Shown here: piece after piece, positions 52,601-64,000 of the stretch
Numbering within the stretch: position 1 is the stretch's first letter
How the letters are laid out: each line of letters starts with the position of its first letter
Assembly (NCBI GenBank): GCA_002633005.1
Contig: NMRA01000427.1
Coordinates: forward strand, 124,001-188,000
From: Phoronis australis
Taxonomy: Eukaryota; Animalia; Phoronida
DNA length: 64,000 bases
Direction of reading: 5' to 3'
Made by a program: the position numbers and the translations under genes
Notes under the pieces: model-generated
Told to the model about the DNA's origin: nothing
Databases searched by the model: none
The model's input: the letters and a program-made list of their open reading frames with translations, nothing else

Positions 52601-53166
52601 ACTTACACCACTTTGAATACCATTTTACGCCTGTCGACAAACAGCACAAGTGCCTATCGTAGTCACAGCAATAGTAACCACCTGAAAGAGAGAGAAGTGA
52701 TATCCTTTGAGCACTTGTCTGTGTTATGCTCTTGGTTGGCAGTCTTGACAATTCAGTACTTATGTTGCTACACACGTATACATGTAAAGGATAAATATCG
52801 AATTCTGTTATGTTTAGGAACACTGCAAAAATGTTAAGTTGAACGATTGCTGAATTTCTTGATATGAATTAAGCTTTTAAGTCATAAGTTCAATTAATAA
52901 GCACAAACAAACAATATAATAAGTTTAAAGTTTTGTTGTGTTCTTTATTCATTGGCGTTAGGCAATCAAGGCATCTGTACAGGTGTGATGTGATAATGAT
53001 CGAGTTCTCACTTTGACAATATCTTCTATTAAAACCATCATCAATTCCGCAATACGTCATATCTTCAAATCTGCAATAAAAATAATGGTTCGTCATTCAC
53101 ATTTCTAACAATCTCATTTCATGAAACACTCACTTACTTCCTCGGTATCTGAAGCCTGTAAATCAT
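49697..53166 (-). CDS. Spliced gene, ~126-aa single-pass membrane protein with six-cysteine ectodomain (Shisa-like/WBP1/VOPP1/TMEM92-type)
   Basis: Exons 53138-53166, 53012-53070, 52607-52681 and 49697-49914 have GT-AG boundaries with compatible phases (2,1,1) and total 381 nt. Product: MIYRLQIPRKFEDMTYCGIDDGFNRRYCQSGYYCCDYDRHLCCLSTGVKWYSKWWVWLAVAGGVILISLVVYLCRRYLKTQQ...PETSPYSKNTPTTPVSG*. It shows C-C-CC-CC, a Trp-rich juxtamembrane segment, one TM helix, a basic stop-transfer and a P/S/T tail. Exon 1 is least certain (no signal peptide). Confidence 0.72.
50975..51040 (-). mobile_element. tRNA-like SINE head or tRNA pseudogene
   Basis: Minus strand gtggtggtgtagtggtaacgcacgcgctctctaaccgctaggtcgtgagttcaagtctttggtacg has A and B boxes, but the acceptor and anticodon stems pair poorly. 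Confidence 0.6.
51503..51515. other. Assembly gap (13 N) beside a poly-C tract
   Basis: Run of n in the sequence. Confidence 1.
52451..52543 (-). pseudogene. Decayed tandem duplicate of exon 3 of the Cys-rich TM gene
   Basis: Phase 1-1 AG/GT-bounded segment reading NNKAGKKQRYYCCGTANNLLSVQQKWYPK*, homologous to GYYCCDYDRHLCCLSTGVKWYSKW. The final TGG is TGA and the second CC pair is lost. Confidence 0.6.
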
Positions 53167-53959
53167 GTCGACTCATGGTGAGGACCAATTTGGACCGGTT
53201 TTACAACAGAAAATAGCGAATAGTAAATTAAATGTATTTGACAAAAGGCAAGGATGTGCCTTTCACAAAACTAACAAGTTGTTTCCAAAATAAAATTGCA
53301 GACTTCCCCAAAATGCGAAAAATATATATTTCGTGGTAGAATTATCCGGCAGCTTAATCGAAATTTTGTCGCAATGTAAGTTTGTCCAATTTTAACCAGA
53401 GTTTGTTTTCATTAGAGCTGCATAAGATTAGCCATCTATAGTACTGACATTAGTCATGCGCATATCAGATCTGAAATAGCGAATCACGTGAAAACAAACT
53501 TAACAAAATACGGTATTTTAATGCATGAAGACAACCAAGAACATCTAAGCAACATGGCGCTAACCGTTAGCAATATCAAATCCTGGCCACTCAAGCTGAA
53601 ATATTCGCAACTTGTGCTTTCTTTCATAGTCATCTATATCAGTATCACCGTTGGTGACAGGATACGCTGGATTAAATATACATGTACCTTAAACAATAAC
53701 AACACCAATAATAAGCCCGTGACACTTCTGCACCGCAACAACCATTTCAACCTGTTGGATAGCAAACACTTTTCAAAATTTGATCTCGTTGAAACAATAG
53801 AAGACACGTGTTCTACACCTCATTCAAAAGATCAAGCAATCACGGCAAATATTAAAGATAAAATTGTCTTTAAGACAAACAGTTGGATTAGAGTAACTGG
53901 AAAATCAAAGAGAATAAACAAATCTGCAACAAAATATACATCGTTTACATCTGATTAAG

Positions 53960-56640
53960 TAATTTACAGCATCAACAGACTCGAACCTCTACAGGAATCC
54001 CAAAGTGAAGACAACCTGGCTAAAAACAAAGCACCCAAGAACGACCACATTAATATGAATAAAGTACAACCCCACAAGACCAAAGGAAAGAACAAAAGCT
54101 CTAAGACTTCTACAACGACTTCGTCTCGTACCACCACGAGAATAGTTAAATGTAACAGAAGGTTCCGTAGAAAAACCACTTCGAAAAAAATAAGCTATGA
54201 GACTAACAATGTAGGTAACTTATCTAACCATAACTTAACTGACAGTGAGATTAGCCTACTTCCTAAAGGACTTAATTTCTGTCCTACCAAAACCAATATT
54301 CACAAAGATGAATTTCTCATTGATATTTATACTTTTGCTAGACGTCTCAGGTTAGCAGAATATTTTGACTATCCCACCGAAGACGAAAATGAGAACCCCC
54401 TCAGAAATTAATCCTTTTAAGAGAAAAAGCAAATGAAATCCACCTAAAAGTCAAAACCATGCCCTCGAAAGTTACATTGAAGCTATTGCTAATGATATCA
54501 TGAATTACAAAAAAACATAACTACAAATATAATATCACTAAGTCCGAAAAAGATGCCTTCACTAATCTCGCTAAAAACAAAGAATCATAATTAAACCAGC
54601 TGATAAATGATCATCTGTTGTTATACTAGATCAGCAGAAATATATCGACGAGGCTCTCCGGCGACTTAATGACACTATATACATACACTGTATGTACTAC
54701 TAACTTTTAGATAATAACCCCAACACAAAGCATATCAGTATTATAACTAAAACTATTTTGAATGCTTTCCACTCTGTAACATTGACAAAGACACCAAAAA
54801 CTACCTAATTCCTAACAATGCTCAACTCAGTCGCTTTTATCTCCTTCCTAAAATCCACAAAGAAGGTAATCCTGGACTCCCGATTATAGCCAGCAACAAC
54901 TGCCCTACTGAAAAAATTCTCAGTTTGCCAAGCACCATCTTCAATAATTTGTCCCCACCCTTTCTTCATATATTAAAGATACTAATCGTTTTCCTAATAT
55001 AATTAAAAACATCACCGATTTACCCAAAAATGTTCTACTAGTTACTACTAATGTTAAAAGCTTATACACAAATATTCCTCAACATGAAGGCATAGAAGCC
55101 TGCATCAAATTTCTTAGTCAACGTAATATTCTTAATGTACCCACGTCTTTCATTCGCTCTCTTTTTGAACATGTAGTTTCCATGAATCACTTCACCTTCA
55201 ACAATAAACATTATCTCCAAATATTAGGTACAGCTATGGGCACTAGAGTTGCCCCTACTTTTGAAAACCTTTTTATGGGAAATCTTGAAAATAACATCAT
55301 CAAATCTTGCTCTGAAAAACCTTTTCTCCGGCTGAGGTACATTGACGACATTTTTATGATTTGGACCCATGTCCCACAAAAAGTACATGTATTCTTAGAA
55401 AATATTAACAAATTTCACCCAAAGATAAAGTTCACCCTCGAAATGTCTCGAAATAAAATTTTATTTTTAGATGTCAATGTCATCCTTAGTAATGATAACT
55501 AGAAACGGACTTATTCTATAAAGAAACTGACAAACACCAATATCTGTCATATCACTCGTGTCATCCCTTTCACTGTAAGAATAGCCTTCTTGCACTTAGA
55601 ATTCGTCGCATTTGTTCAGAAGAATATGCCTTAAGTTTGATAACCGTCTAAAAGAACTCAAACATTACTTACTTCAACGCCATTTCCTCTTACATCTTAT
55701 ACACAAACAGTTTCATTGACAAAGTCCTCTCAATCACAAGAAATGAATCTTTAAGAACAAAAGCGAAAGATAATGCTATTAATAGAATACCTTCCATAAC
55801 TATGTTCAATCCTTGTTTAAACAGAATTAGCCACGTCTTCTGGAAGCATCTTTCCACTTTGCATATTTCCCCTCGAATGAAAAACCTATAATTTCTTGGA
55901 AAAATGTAAAAGCTTAAAAAATTATTTAGTTAGAGCAAATTTAGACTATAAAAACCAAACTAACAAACCTATTGCAAACACACAATGTAACAAATCTAGA
56001 TGTACAATGTGTAACTTTATCAATGACAATACTTCCTTCCAGTCTTCTCAAACCAATGAACACTTCGAAATAAACATTATTCTCACTGCACCACCAACAG
56101 TATCAATTATCTAATAACATGTAGAAAATGTTCCACTCAATATGTAGGACAAACTCAACATAATCTTCAAACTCGGTTTCGCAATCATAGATTTAACATA
56201 ATACATAAAAACATTTCTGATACTATAGGTAATCAGTTCAATTACAAAAAACATAATCTACAAGATCTTTTTTTACAAATAATACAGAAACTCCTATACC
56301 CCAATACCCCTCACAGACTCAAAAGAGAACAATTTTGGATAAATAAGCTCAACAAACTTGAACCTGATGGATTGAACATAAAGACTTCTTAAATCATATC
56401 CTTTACTTTTTCCCGCAACAATGTATCATGCTCATTACGCCATATACCAGATGTCAATTGTCATATAGTGTTTGATTTTACTTTATTTCTGTTGACGAAA
56501 GGTGTTATCATATCTGAAAATTTCAGTGATCCAAATTTGTTGTTTTATTTACTTATATTTATTCTACTTTTCGACAAACAAGTATATCCTTTAGCTGATC
56601 TGGATCGCCTCTTTTAGTTCTGGATTTATTTTCTACGTTA
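53960..56640 (+). mobile_element. Degenerate Penelope-like retroelement (RT plus GIY-YIG endonuclease; Neptune-like)
   Basis: Motifs: NLSNHNLT..E..LL.KGLNFCP; FYLLPKIHKEGNPGLPII; VKSLYTNIP; GTAMG; RYIDDIF; CNKSRCTMC; YLITCRKCSTQYVGQT...RFRNH...REQFWI.KL..LEPDGLN, with stop at 56390-56392. Many stops and frameshifts. The 5' boundary is uncertain and may reach ~53490. Confidence 0.95.
56488..56527 (+). ncRNA. Candidate degenerate minimal type-I hammerhead ribozyme in the Penelope 3' region
   Basis: ctg-TTGACGA-a-aggtgt(tatc)atatct-GAAA-atttcag: a core resembling CUGAnGA...GAAA around a 6-bp stem II, ~100 nt after the PLE stop. The first core base is T instead of C. Confidence 0.5.
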
Positions 56641-57384
56641 TTTATCTATTTGATCAATGTTCAAGTATCCATGTTAAACAAGATTTGCTGCATGGAGAAC
56701 AGAATCACCAATTATGAAAACAAAGTAAGAATAATGCTTACCAGCTTCTGCACACTCTCAGTGAGCAACCCAAATTAATTTTCTTAATTGTCAAAATACC
56801 TCTGCTTCGAACTTCTGTGAAGTCACGGTGCAGGTGTGTAATACATGTATCTATGGTGAATGTTGAGCAAGACCCCTTTATACTAAGGACCCCGCTCAGG
56901 TCGCAAGGATTGTGCAAGACCTGCAACGGGTCACGATTGTTCACAAACCAGGAAATACGAGTATCCAACTCTGATTGGATTAGTTGACGGGGACTGACGT
57001 CACGTGTCATATAACTTCCCTCTATGTCCTCGAGTGGGTCTCAAAGTGACCCTCCCGGAAATTTTAAGAAGGGCTGGAAGAATTGTGAAATACTGAACAA
57101 CTCCTATTCAAAATATGTTATTACAGCGGTCGAGAGACGTGGTTGACACTGACAAATGGTGCATGTCTTCAGTGGTAAACTGCCAGCTCTAATTCATTTG
57201 AATCTGTGCGAATCAACTTCCTACGACTAGTAAAGGGCGAGGTGACCATCGGAGTCTGACCTGTGTAGACATTTTGCTGTGCTTTAATCAAACGTTTTTT
57301 GAAAAAAGTAAAGAAAAAATCTCCACTTGCACTCAAAATTGCTGACTGGCAGAGTTCCTTCTTTGGTCAAAACTGGACCCCCAT

Positions 57385-57818
57385 GCCCGGTTGCATGAAA
57401 CAGTCCCAGATAGCGATTCAACTAAGTTCGCTAAATTTGTTTCGTATTTGTTTCGTTCTTTAGGCACAGATGTAACATTTTTCTATTTTATATTTATTGT
57501 GCGGTCTTCTTTGACTAATGACATTTTCTAATAATATAACTAAAATTGAGCCCTTGATTCAATCAAAACAGGGACTTAGTCCTTAAATTGGAGCGTTGCA
57601 TGAAAAGATCCCGTCTTATTTCCAATAAAATTGAGAATAATATTTAACATTCAGTCTAGATTTCACTCTCGATTTGTATCAAAGCCAAAAATTGACATAG
57701 TAATGATACCCAAACAGCATATGATACTACAATCGATGTTTTCACCAGCCCGCAATAACTTAGTAGATTTAGGGACTTTAATTGAGTCCCTTTTTGGGAC
57801 TGTTTCATGCAACGGGGC
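57385..57818. mobile_element. PIF/Harbinger-like MITE nested in a GC-rich short element
   Basis: TIRs gcccggttgcatgaaacagtccca / tgggactgtttcatgcaacggggc. The right flank continues ...cccctaaatccgcctatg. Confidence 0.8.
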
Positions 57819-59314
57819 ACTGGGTCCCCTAAATCCGCCTATGCCATGCACAAAACCGACTAAAAGCATAACTCTATTGTTGGAAGAAAAATGTGATGAC
57901 ACTCGTACCTGTTCGTTAAACCAAGGGTGACGTACCTGATGTCGATCCTCCTTTATTTTGTGAAGTTGTGACGAAAACATTTGAACACACAATGCAGAAA
58001 TCAATAAAATTTTTGTAGGTGGACTATTACATTTGAGTATTTGTGTATATGTGTTCGTGTGTTTCTAATGTACGAATGTTTGTTTTCGTAGTTTGTATTT
58101 CTGTTCAAAAAAATCTTAATTACAAAATAAATTATGAAAAGTATGAACAAGAAACAAAACGATTTGCTATCAGAGATTTCTAGAATATTTAGAGTGCATT
58201 GACTCCAGAACCAAAGTAGTAAACATCGTCTAAAAATAGATCTTGACCTCAAAAAACACATAAACAAGTTAGACCCCATGGTGTAAAAGTAGATATGCAC
58301 TAATTTTGGGTACTTTAAAGGAACCTATCTGTACTAATTACTGCAATTAATCAATATTTATTCTTACAGTCAAACTTGGGCCAGCGTACAGAAGCCAGTC
58401 CCGCATCCGCGTGTGACGCGAAACGAGCATAGTTCAACGCAATGTTTGTTGATAAAACTTAACAAATATACCGTGCAGTCGGAAACCACCGTTAACAGTG
58501 ACTGCCGTGAGCGCTGGGCTTACAAACTGGCCGTGTTGAATTAGTGCCGGATTTTAATTAAGCCCGACTTAGAATATACGAAGGCCCACTAGTGCCATGA
58601 AAATAAAATTTGAAGCTGTAATTACTGATTGCCAATCGATTGGCTACGGCAAGGGACTCATACGAGGAGCAATACATTGGAAGTGCCATCGACCTATGAG
58701 AACTGTGTTGATTTGAGACACAGATTTGACACATTTTTCTGATTTAAAGCACGCGCTATATCACTTTAATTTGTAAATATTGCGTAGGCATGCTGGACTT
58801 TATAACTTTGAAATTGAAGTAGTTAAACATTCTAAGCTCTCTTTTTGTTTTGTTTTTTCTCGTTTTTGTTGCAATTTGTTTTCTGCGATAAAGGACAATT
58901 TGCCTCTATTCGTCTTTAATTCACCTAGATATAGATTGATCAGTTACATGTATTCCCTTTTATTAAGTTAATCATTTAACTGCGAATTTTGTAAGTGTTA
59001 TAAGTAAGGATGGCTTCCTGGCATTATAATTTTGTGTTTTCATTTCTCCTCGCAATTACTTCCCATATGGTATCATTCGTAAACATGAGAGCGGTATCAC
59101 GGCAGTGTCGTGGGAGCGTTTTACTCTTGTGCCACAATACTCGAGGCTTAGCAATAGTCGAATATAACGCGCCCATATTTTGAGAAGCAGTTTGATGCCC
59201 ATTATTCAACGAAGAAAACTGAAATGAGGAAAGTTTTTTGCTACCATTACCAAGTAGAGTACCCCCAATGTTAATCTAACACGTTTTATATCAATGAATG
59301 ACATAGTTACAATA

Positions 59315-61037
59315 TTTATGCCGTCATCTCCGTCCGGCGTCCGTCCGGCGTCCGGCGTCCGATATCCGCTGCTCTAACTCCAAAACTGTTTGACGTTTGT
59401 TCATAAAATGTTTGCATATGCGTTCCTTTTATGAATGGGACGTCATGAGCGAACTTTGGGACGGATTCGACTACTGGTCTGCTCCCTAGTGGCAATTTTA
59501 GATTTTTACGCTTACCTCTATATCTTCAAAGGTCTTACATAAATTTTGGTATGTAGGCATCTATTAGTGAGATGACGCTATCCACCTGTTTTCGGATAGA
59601 TTCGACGTAATTTGCGCCATCTAGTGGCCATTTTTACTGTTTCCGAGTATGTTTTTTGTCTTCCACCACTCTATCAACCACCCTAATGATGATTATGGAA
59701 ATTGGCATGTATGTTCTTACTATGAAGAGGACGACTGACGATGATTTTCCGAATATTTAGACGACTGTGGCGCCTCCTAGTGGCAGTTTTGTGTTTTTTC
59801 TGCGCCTATGGCCGTGTCTCCTAAACCGTCTCCAGGAACTTTACTAAATTTAGTAAGTGCATTTATATGACGGATTTGATTAGTGGACAGGTGTGCCCTC
59901 TGGTGGCAATTTTATTTTTATACGTCAACCTCTGTATCTTCAAAGGTCCTCAACGTGTTTTCAAGAAATTTGGCGTACAGGCTTCTGTCAGTGTGGTGAC
60001 ACTATCTTTCCGTTTTCAGATGACTTCGACTTAGTTTGCGCCACCTAGTGGCCATTTTTACTGTTTTCGAGTCAGTTTTTTTGGCGTCCACCCCTCTATC
60101 AAACAAATCGCTTTCAGAATAATTGTGAAAATTGGCATGTATGTTTTAACTATGAAGTCGACGGTTGACGATGATTTTCCGATGATTTCAGTTACTGTGG
60201 CGCCTCCTAGTGGCCGTTTGGTTTTTTGCGCCCATGGCTGTATCTCTTAAGCCGTTTGCAGGATCTTTACTAAATTTTACAAGTGTATTTATATGATGTT
60301 GACAAAGAACAACGATAACTTTTGGAGAGGTCTGACGACTGGTGTGCACCCTGGTGGCAATTTTAGATTTTACGTTTACCTCTGTATCTTCAAGTGTCCT
60401 CAACGGATTTTCATATAATTTTGAATACAGACATCTCTTGGTAAGATGACGCCATCCTCCCGTTTTTGGATAGAATAGAGGTATTTTGAGCCACTTGGTG
60501 GCCATTTTTGCTGTTTTCGAGTCTGTTTTTTTTTTGGTGTCCACCCTCTATCAACCAAATCATTCTAAGGATGTTTTTGAAAATTGGCGTTTAGGTTCTC
60601 TGTGTGAAGAGGATGGTTGACAATGACGACTTTGACTACTGTGGCGCCTCCAATGGAAGTTTTGTTTTTTTCGCCCATAGCTGTATCTCCTAAACCCACT
60701 GCTGGGTCTTTATTAATATTAAATTTAGTAAGTGTATTTATATGAAGCTAACAACAGACAATGACGACTTCAGGCGGATCCAATGAACACTGTGCCGCCT
60801 TGTGGCAGTTTTCATTTTATTCTGTTTTCCTTTGTTTCTCTGAAGTTCCGAGACAGATTTCTATGAAATTTGGTGAAAAGCTTTCTTTAAAAGAAGCTAT
60901 GACATGTTCCCATTTTCGGATGGATTGTACGTTTTTGTGCAACTAATGGCCATTTTTATGACCAGCAAATAACCCTAAAAGCACACCGTTTAGGATGCAT
61001 TCGTGGGAGCATTTCAACGCTCCGCGTTGCTTTTGTT
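59315..61037 (+). mobile_element. Non-autonomous Helentron/Helitron-associated element (HINE/DINE-1-like) with internal tandem array
   Basis: 5' tttatgcc followed by a (cgtc/cggcgtc)n microsatellite at 59330-59361, about eleven ~145-bp repeats, a subterminal gggagcat, a 3' hairpin caacgc-tcc-gcgttg (61015-61029) and a T-rich end. Confidence 0.75.
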
Positions 61038-62334
61038 TTCGTTAACATGTGGACACGTTATTCATGTCGTTACTGGTGGCGTGCGGACCAGAATTAAGAA
61101 TGTTTGGAACTTCGGTAAAGGGAAAAAATGACCGTTGGCTTTATTTTCGCTGCGATGTATCTGTACGTGGTCGTCAAAAATAATCTTCAGAATAACAGAA
61201 ATTATATATATATATAAAATATCCTGATCGCCGTCACTATAAAAAAATAGACGAATCAAACTAATTCATTGCCTATACAAGACTGAGTGAGTATTGGGAT
61301 AGATCCTATCGCCCAGTTTGCAAAATCCAATTTGCACTGCAGAAAATAAAACAGAACGATTGCTTAAGATTAAACATTTGAGCTTTAAATTTCCATGAAA
61401 TGCCACTCAATGGTTGAGGTCCTCGATACGATATATATATTGCGTCAGACCATCGATGCAAAATAAATAACTTCACGTAGATGATTTGGTCTGTTGGCAA
61501 AGTAACACACTGAACTGGTACCATAGCATAATTTCTGAAACCATGACCGAGAGTTTGAGTAGTTATTAAGCAGAAAGTAAAATATCAAACTCAATGCAAA
61601 AATGTTGCAAATAGGTTCCTAAAGTTTGGGTGCAGCACATATGCCGGGGCATGAATGTGTTGTTGTTTAACGCAAGTGCCTTCCTTAGACGTAACAAAGT
61701 CGTGAAAAAGCAAAATCACGCTGGCGACAATGGAGTATTTCGCGAGTATTCCAGGAACCTTATTTTCGAACCCTACCTGTAGCAAAACGGCTGCCACTGA
61801 AATGATGGATTAGCTAGGCTGCTGTTTCAATGTTTCTGGCATCATTGCTCAAGCCAAAGACAAGTTGATGAATAATGATGCTTTCTCGTTCATTACGCTT
61901 TTGTCATAACTGAAAAGCTCTAGTGAGTGAAAAACAAGAGATGATGCGTCGCTCGCACTGCTTGACGTTTACGACTTCCTTCACTACGTCACCACTTGCG
62001 GTTTCAGGAACAATAGGGTCGGATCCAGGATTGTGAGTCAGGGTAGGTGGCAGGGCAAAGTATTAACCACGTCAGACATTCGCACGCCCCGAGCTGCCTC
62101 GTGAAATCTGGGAGAATTTTAGGGGGGTCATGGCCCCATTGACCCCACCACCCTCNCCCCCTAAATCTGCCACTTAGTTACTGACAAAATCAAATGGAAG
62201 GTTCGAAATATAACTGTAATAACTAAGACAAGCTTATTTGACATAAAAGCCTTCAAAATAGTAACAACCCTGCAATCAAACGACTCTGCTTCCACTTATC
62301 CTAGCTGAGTCAATATTTAGCATTGTATACACAG

Positions 62335-62666
62335 AAAAAATTTGCCAACGGGGTCCTCTAAAGAATCCTCAGGAAGCGGTAACCAGCAGCAAGTGTCGGA
62401 AGTCGTCAGGATGAATCCGGCAGAGTTCAGTAGACACAAGAATCTCGCGAAGCCTGGGGTGATCGTTCCTTTCCGTGAGGTTCTCGCAACTACGCAATGC
62501 GACCTAGGCGTAGTGTTGGGGAAGGGGGCACAAAGAAAATACAGACCCGGCGAAACATGTTGTAGAGGACCAGCTTAGAAGGACTGTTGTCAACAACTAA
62601 TGATAGATTTATCCTGTGGAGGTCCTGTGCAGGACACATTGCAAAGGACTTCATTCTTTTTGTAAT
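62335..62666 (+). pseudogene. Possible decayed exon of an unidentified gene (further exon-like blocks near 62940-63021 and 63766-63950)
   Basis: GC-richer coding-like block bounded by acag| and |gtaagt, with internal stops. No family recognised. Confidence 0.3.
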
Positions 62667-64000
62667 GTAAGTCGTCTAAACGCACACTGAAGTGTGCAAT
62701 TAATGAAACATGCATAGCAAAAGTGTTAAGTACAGCTAAATCATTCAAACTTTGAAATTCAACAGGATGAATTATGGAGGTCCTCCCTTTAGTAAAGATT
62801 ATGGAGTCATACTTCTACTCTGTCTCCGTGTCTTCTGAAATTATTTATCGCTTACTGTTTGCTGGAAACCTGGTGGTAGCATCCATTGGTGCACATTTCC
62901 TGCTATTGAAATTTCATGATTATCCTTCCATATTTACAGGTCCTATCCTTGGACGAAATCCACGTCCAAATTTAGTTGATTTGTGTATTGTTTTCATCTT
63001 CTGTAACTTCTAACGGAATAGGTACCAATGATAAGAACGTTTACCTCCCTGATCCTGTATTTTTAAAATCGTTCAATATCTTACGTTAAGAAGGTCACAC
63101 CTGGAAAGTCCCCCTGCGGAGGATTTAACCGTCAGTCAATGTTTTAATGACATGGCCTTTACACGACCTTTTCGAATGGGGTTCTTTTCTGTAAAGGGTG
63201 ACTTGCCCAATTGCCCCTTTGTCCCCTACAATTCTGGCAGTGTGAATAACTCACGAGAGTAGTGCGTGGAACTTTAAAGTTCCCAAGAAAATCACAGAAT
63301 AAGTCCAAGACATGCAACCCAAACCACCAAAGAAAGCTAGGCGACTTTGTTCCCTCAGCCCATACAGCGAGGCCTGCGCGTATGATAGAGTGTAGCAGTA
63401 ACAAGATAACAGTAGGAATTGAAATTTACCTTCCAACAGGCTTGGGTTTGGGTTACGAAATCGTCAATTATTTGTGTATTTTTAAATTGTGTAGTTCGTT
63501 TAGCGACAATACGGTTTAGCGTAAAGAATTGTAAGCAATGTTTGTTCGAGCGGCCACAGGAAAAGAACCTTGACTGCTATTTGTGGCTTGGGTTTTCTGG
63601 ATTATTTGCGCCTAACAAGCTGCCTTTGCTAGATAATCTCAAATAACTGGCGTGAATATTAAAAATGTCCTCCCGTATAAAACTTTCTATTTCCATTCAC
63701 TTGATCATAAGCATTCACTGAAGTATTTGTAATGACCCTTATGCCGGCATTCAAATACCTGCAGGTATGACTTTCTTTACAAAGAGACAGTAATCTTTGC
63801 TACAGAGGTTGGCGTGTTATGATGAGACCTTGTAACATGGAAAGATACCGATGGATGCAATTATGGAGTAATGACGGAAAGCCGAGATAATAAGCTGACT
63901 GACGAAGAGTTCTTCAAATTCGTGGAGAGTGTATCACGTGATGGATAAAGTAATACGAAATAAATGTCATACGTCTGCTCGTATTGAAATATTGTTCTGC

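Overview
This is AT-rich eukaryotic DNA, most likely from a marine invertebrate animal, with GT-AG introns and many repeats. The supplied ORF track is almost entirely uninformative, so genes were read by hand as exons. Supported content: (1) an apparently intact 4-exon minus-strand gene (~126 aa, 49697-53166) for a single-pass membrane protein with a C-C-CC-CC ectodomain (Shisa-like/WBP1/VOPP1-type), with a decayed duplicate exon in intron 3; (2) disrupted plus-strand exons at 37-42.4 kb: an Ig-like exon, a TSP1 exon and a 3-exon gene ending in a stand-alone dynein microtubule-binding-domain-like fold; (3) a degenerate Penelope-like retroelement (RT plus GIY-YIG) with a candidate minimal hammerhead ribozyme; (4) an internally deleted Academ-type DNA transposon (XPG/PIN nuclease plus Cys-rich finger, ~430-bp TIRs); (5) a Helentron-associated non-autonomous element carrying a trimeric higher-order repeat with CTCF-like motifs; (6) a 5'-truncated LINE, tRNA-derived SINE heads, many MITEs and fold-backs, and microsatellites; (7) a strong window-wide excess of TACATGTA, the classic Tc1-type excision footprint. 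All assignments come from reading motifs by eye; no database searches were run.
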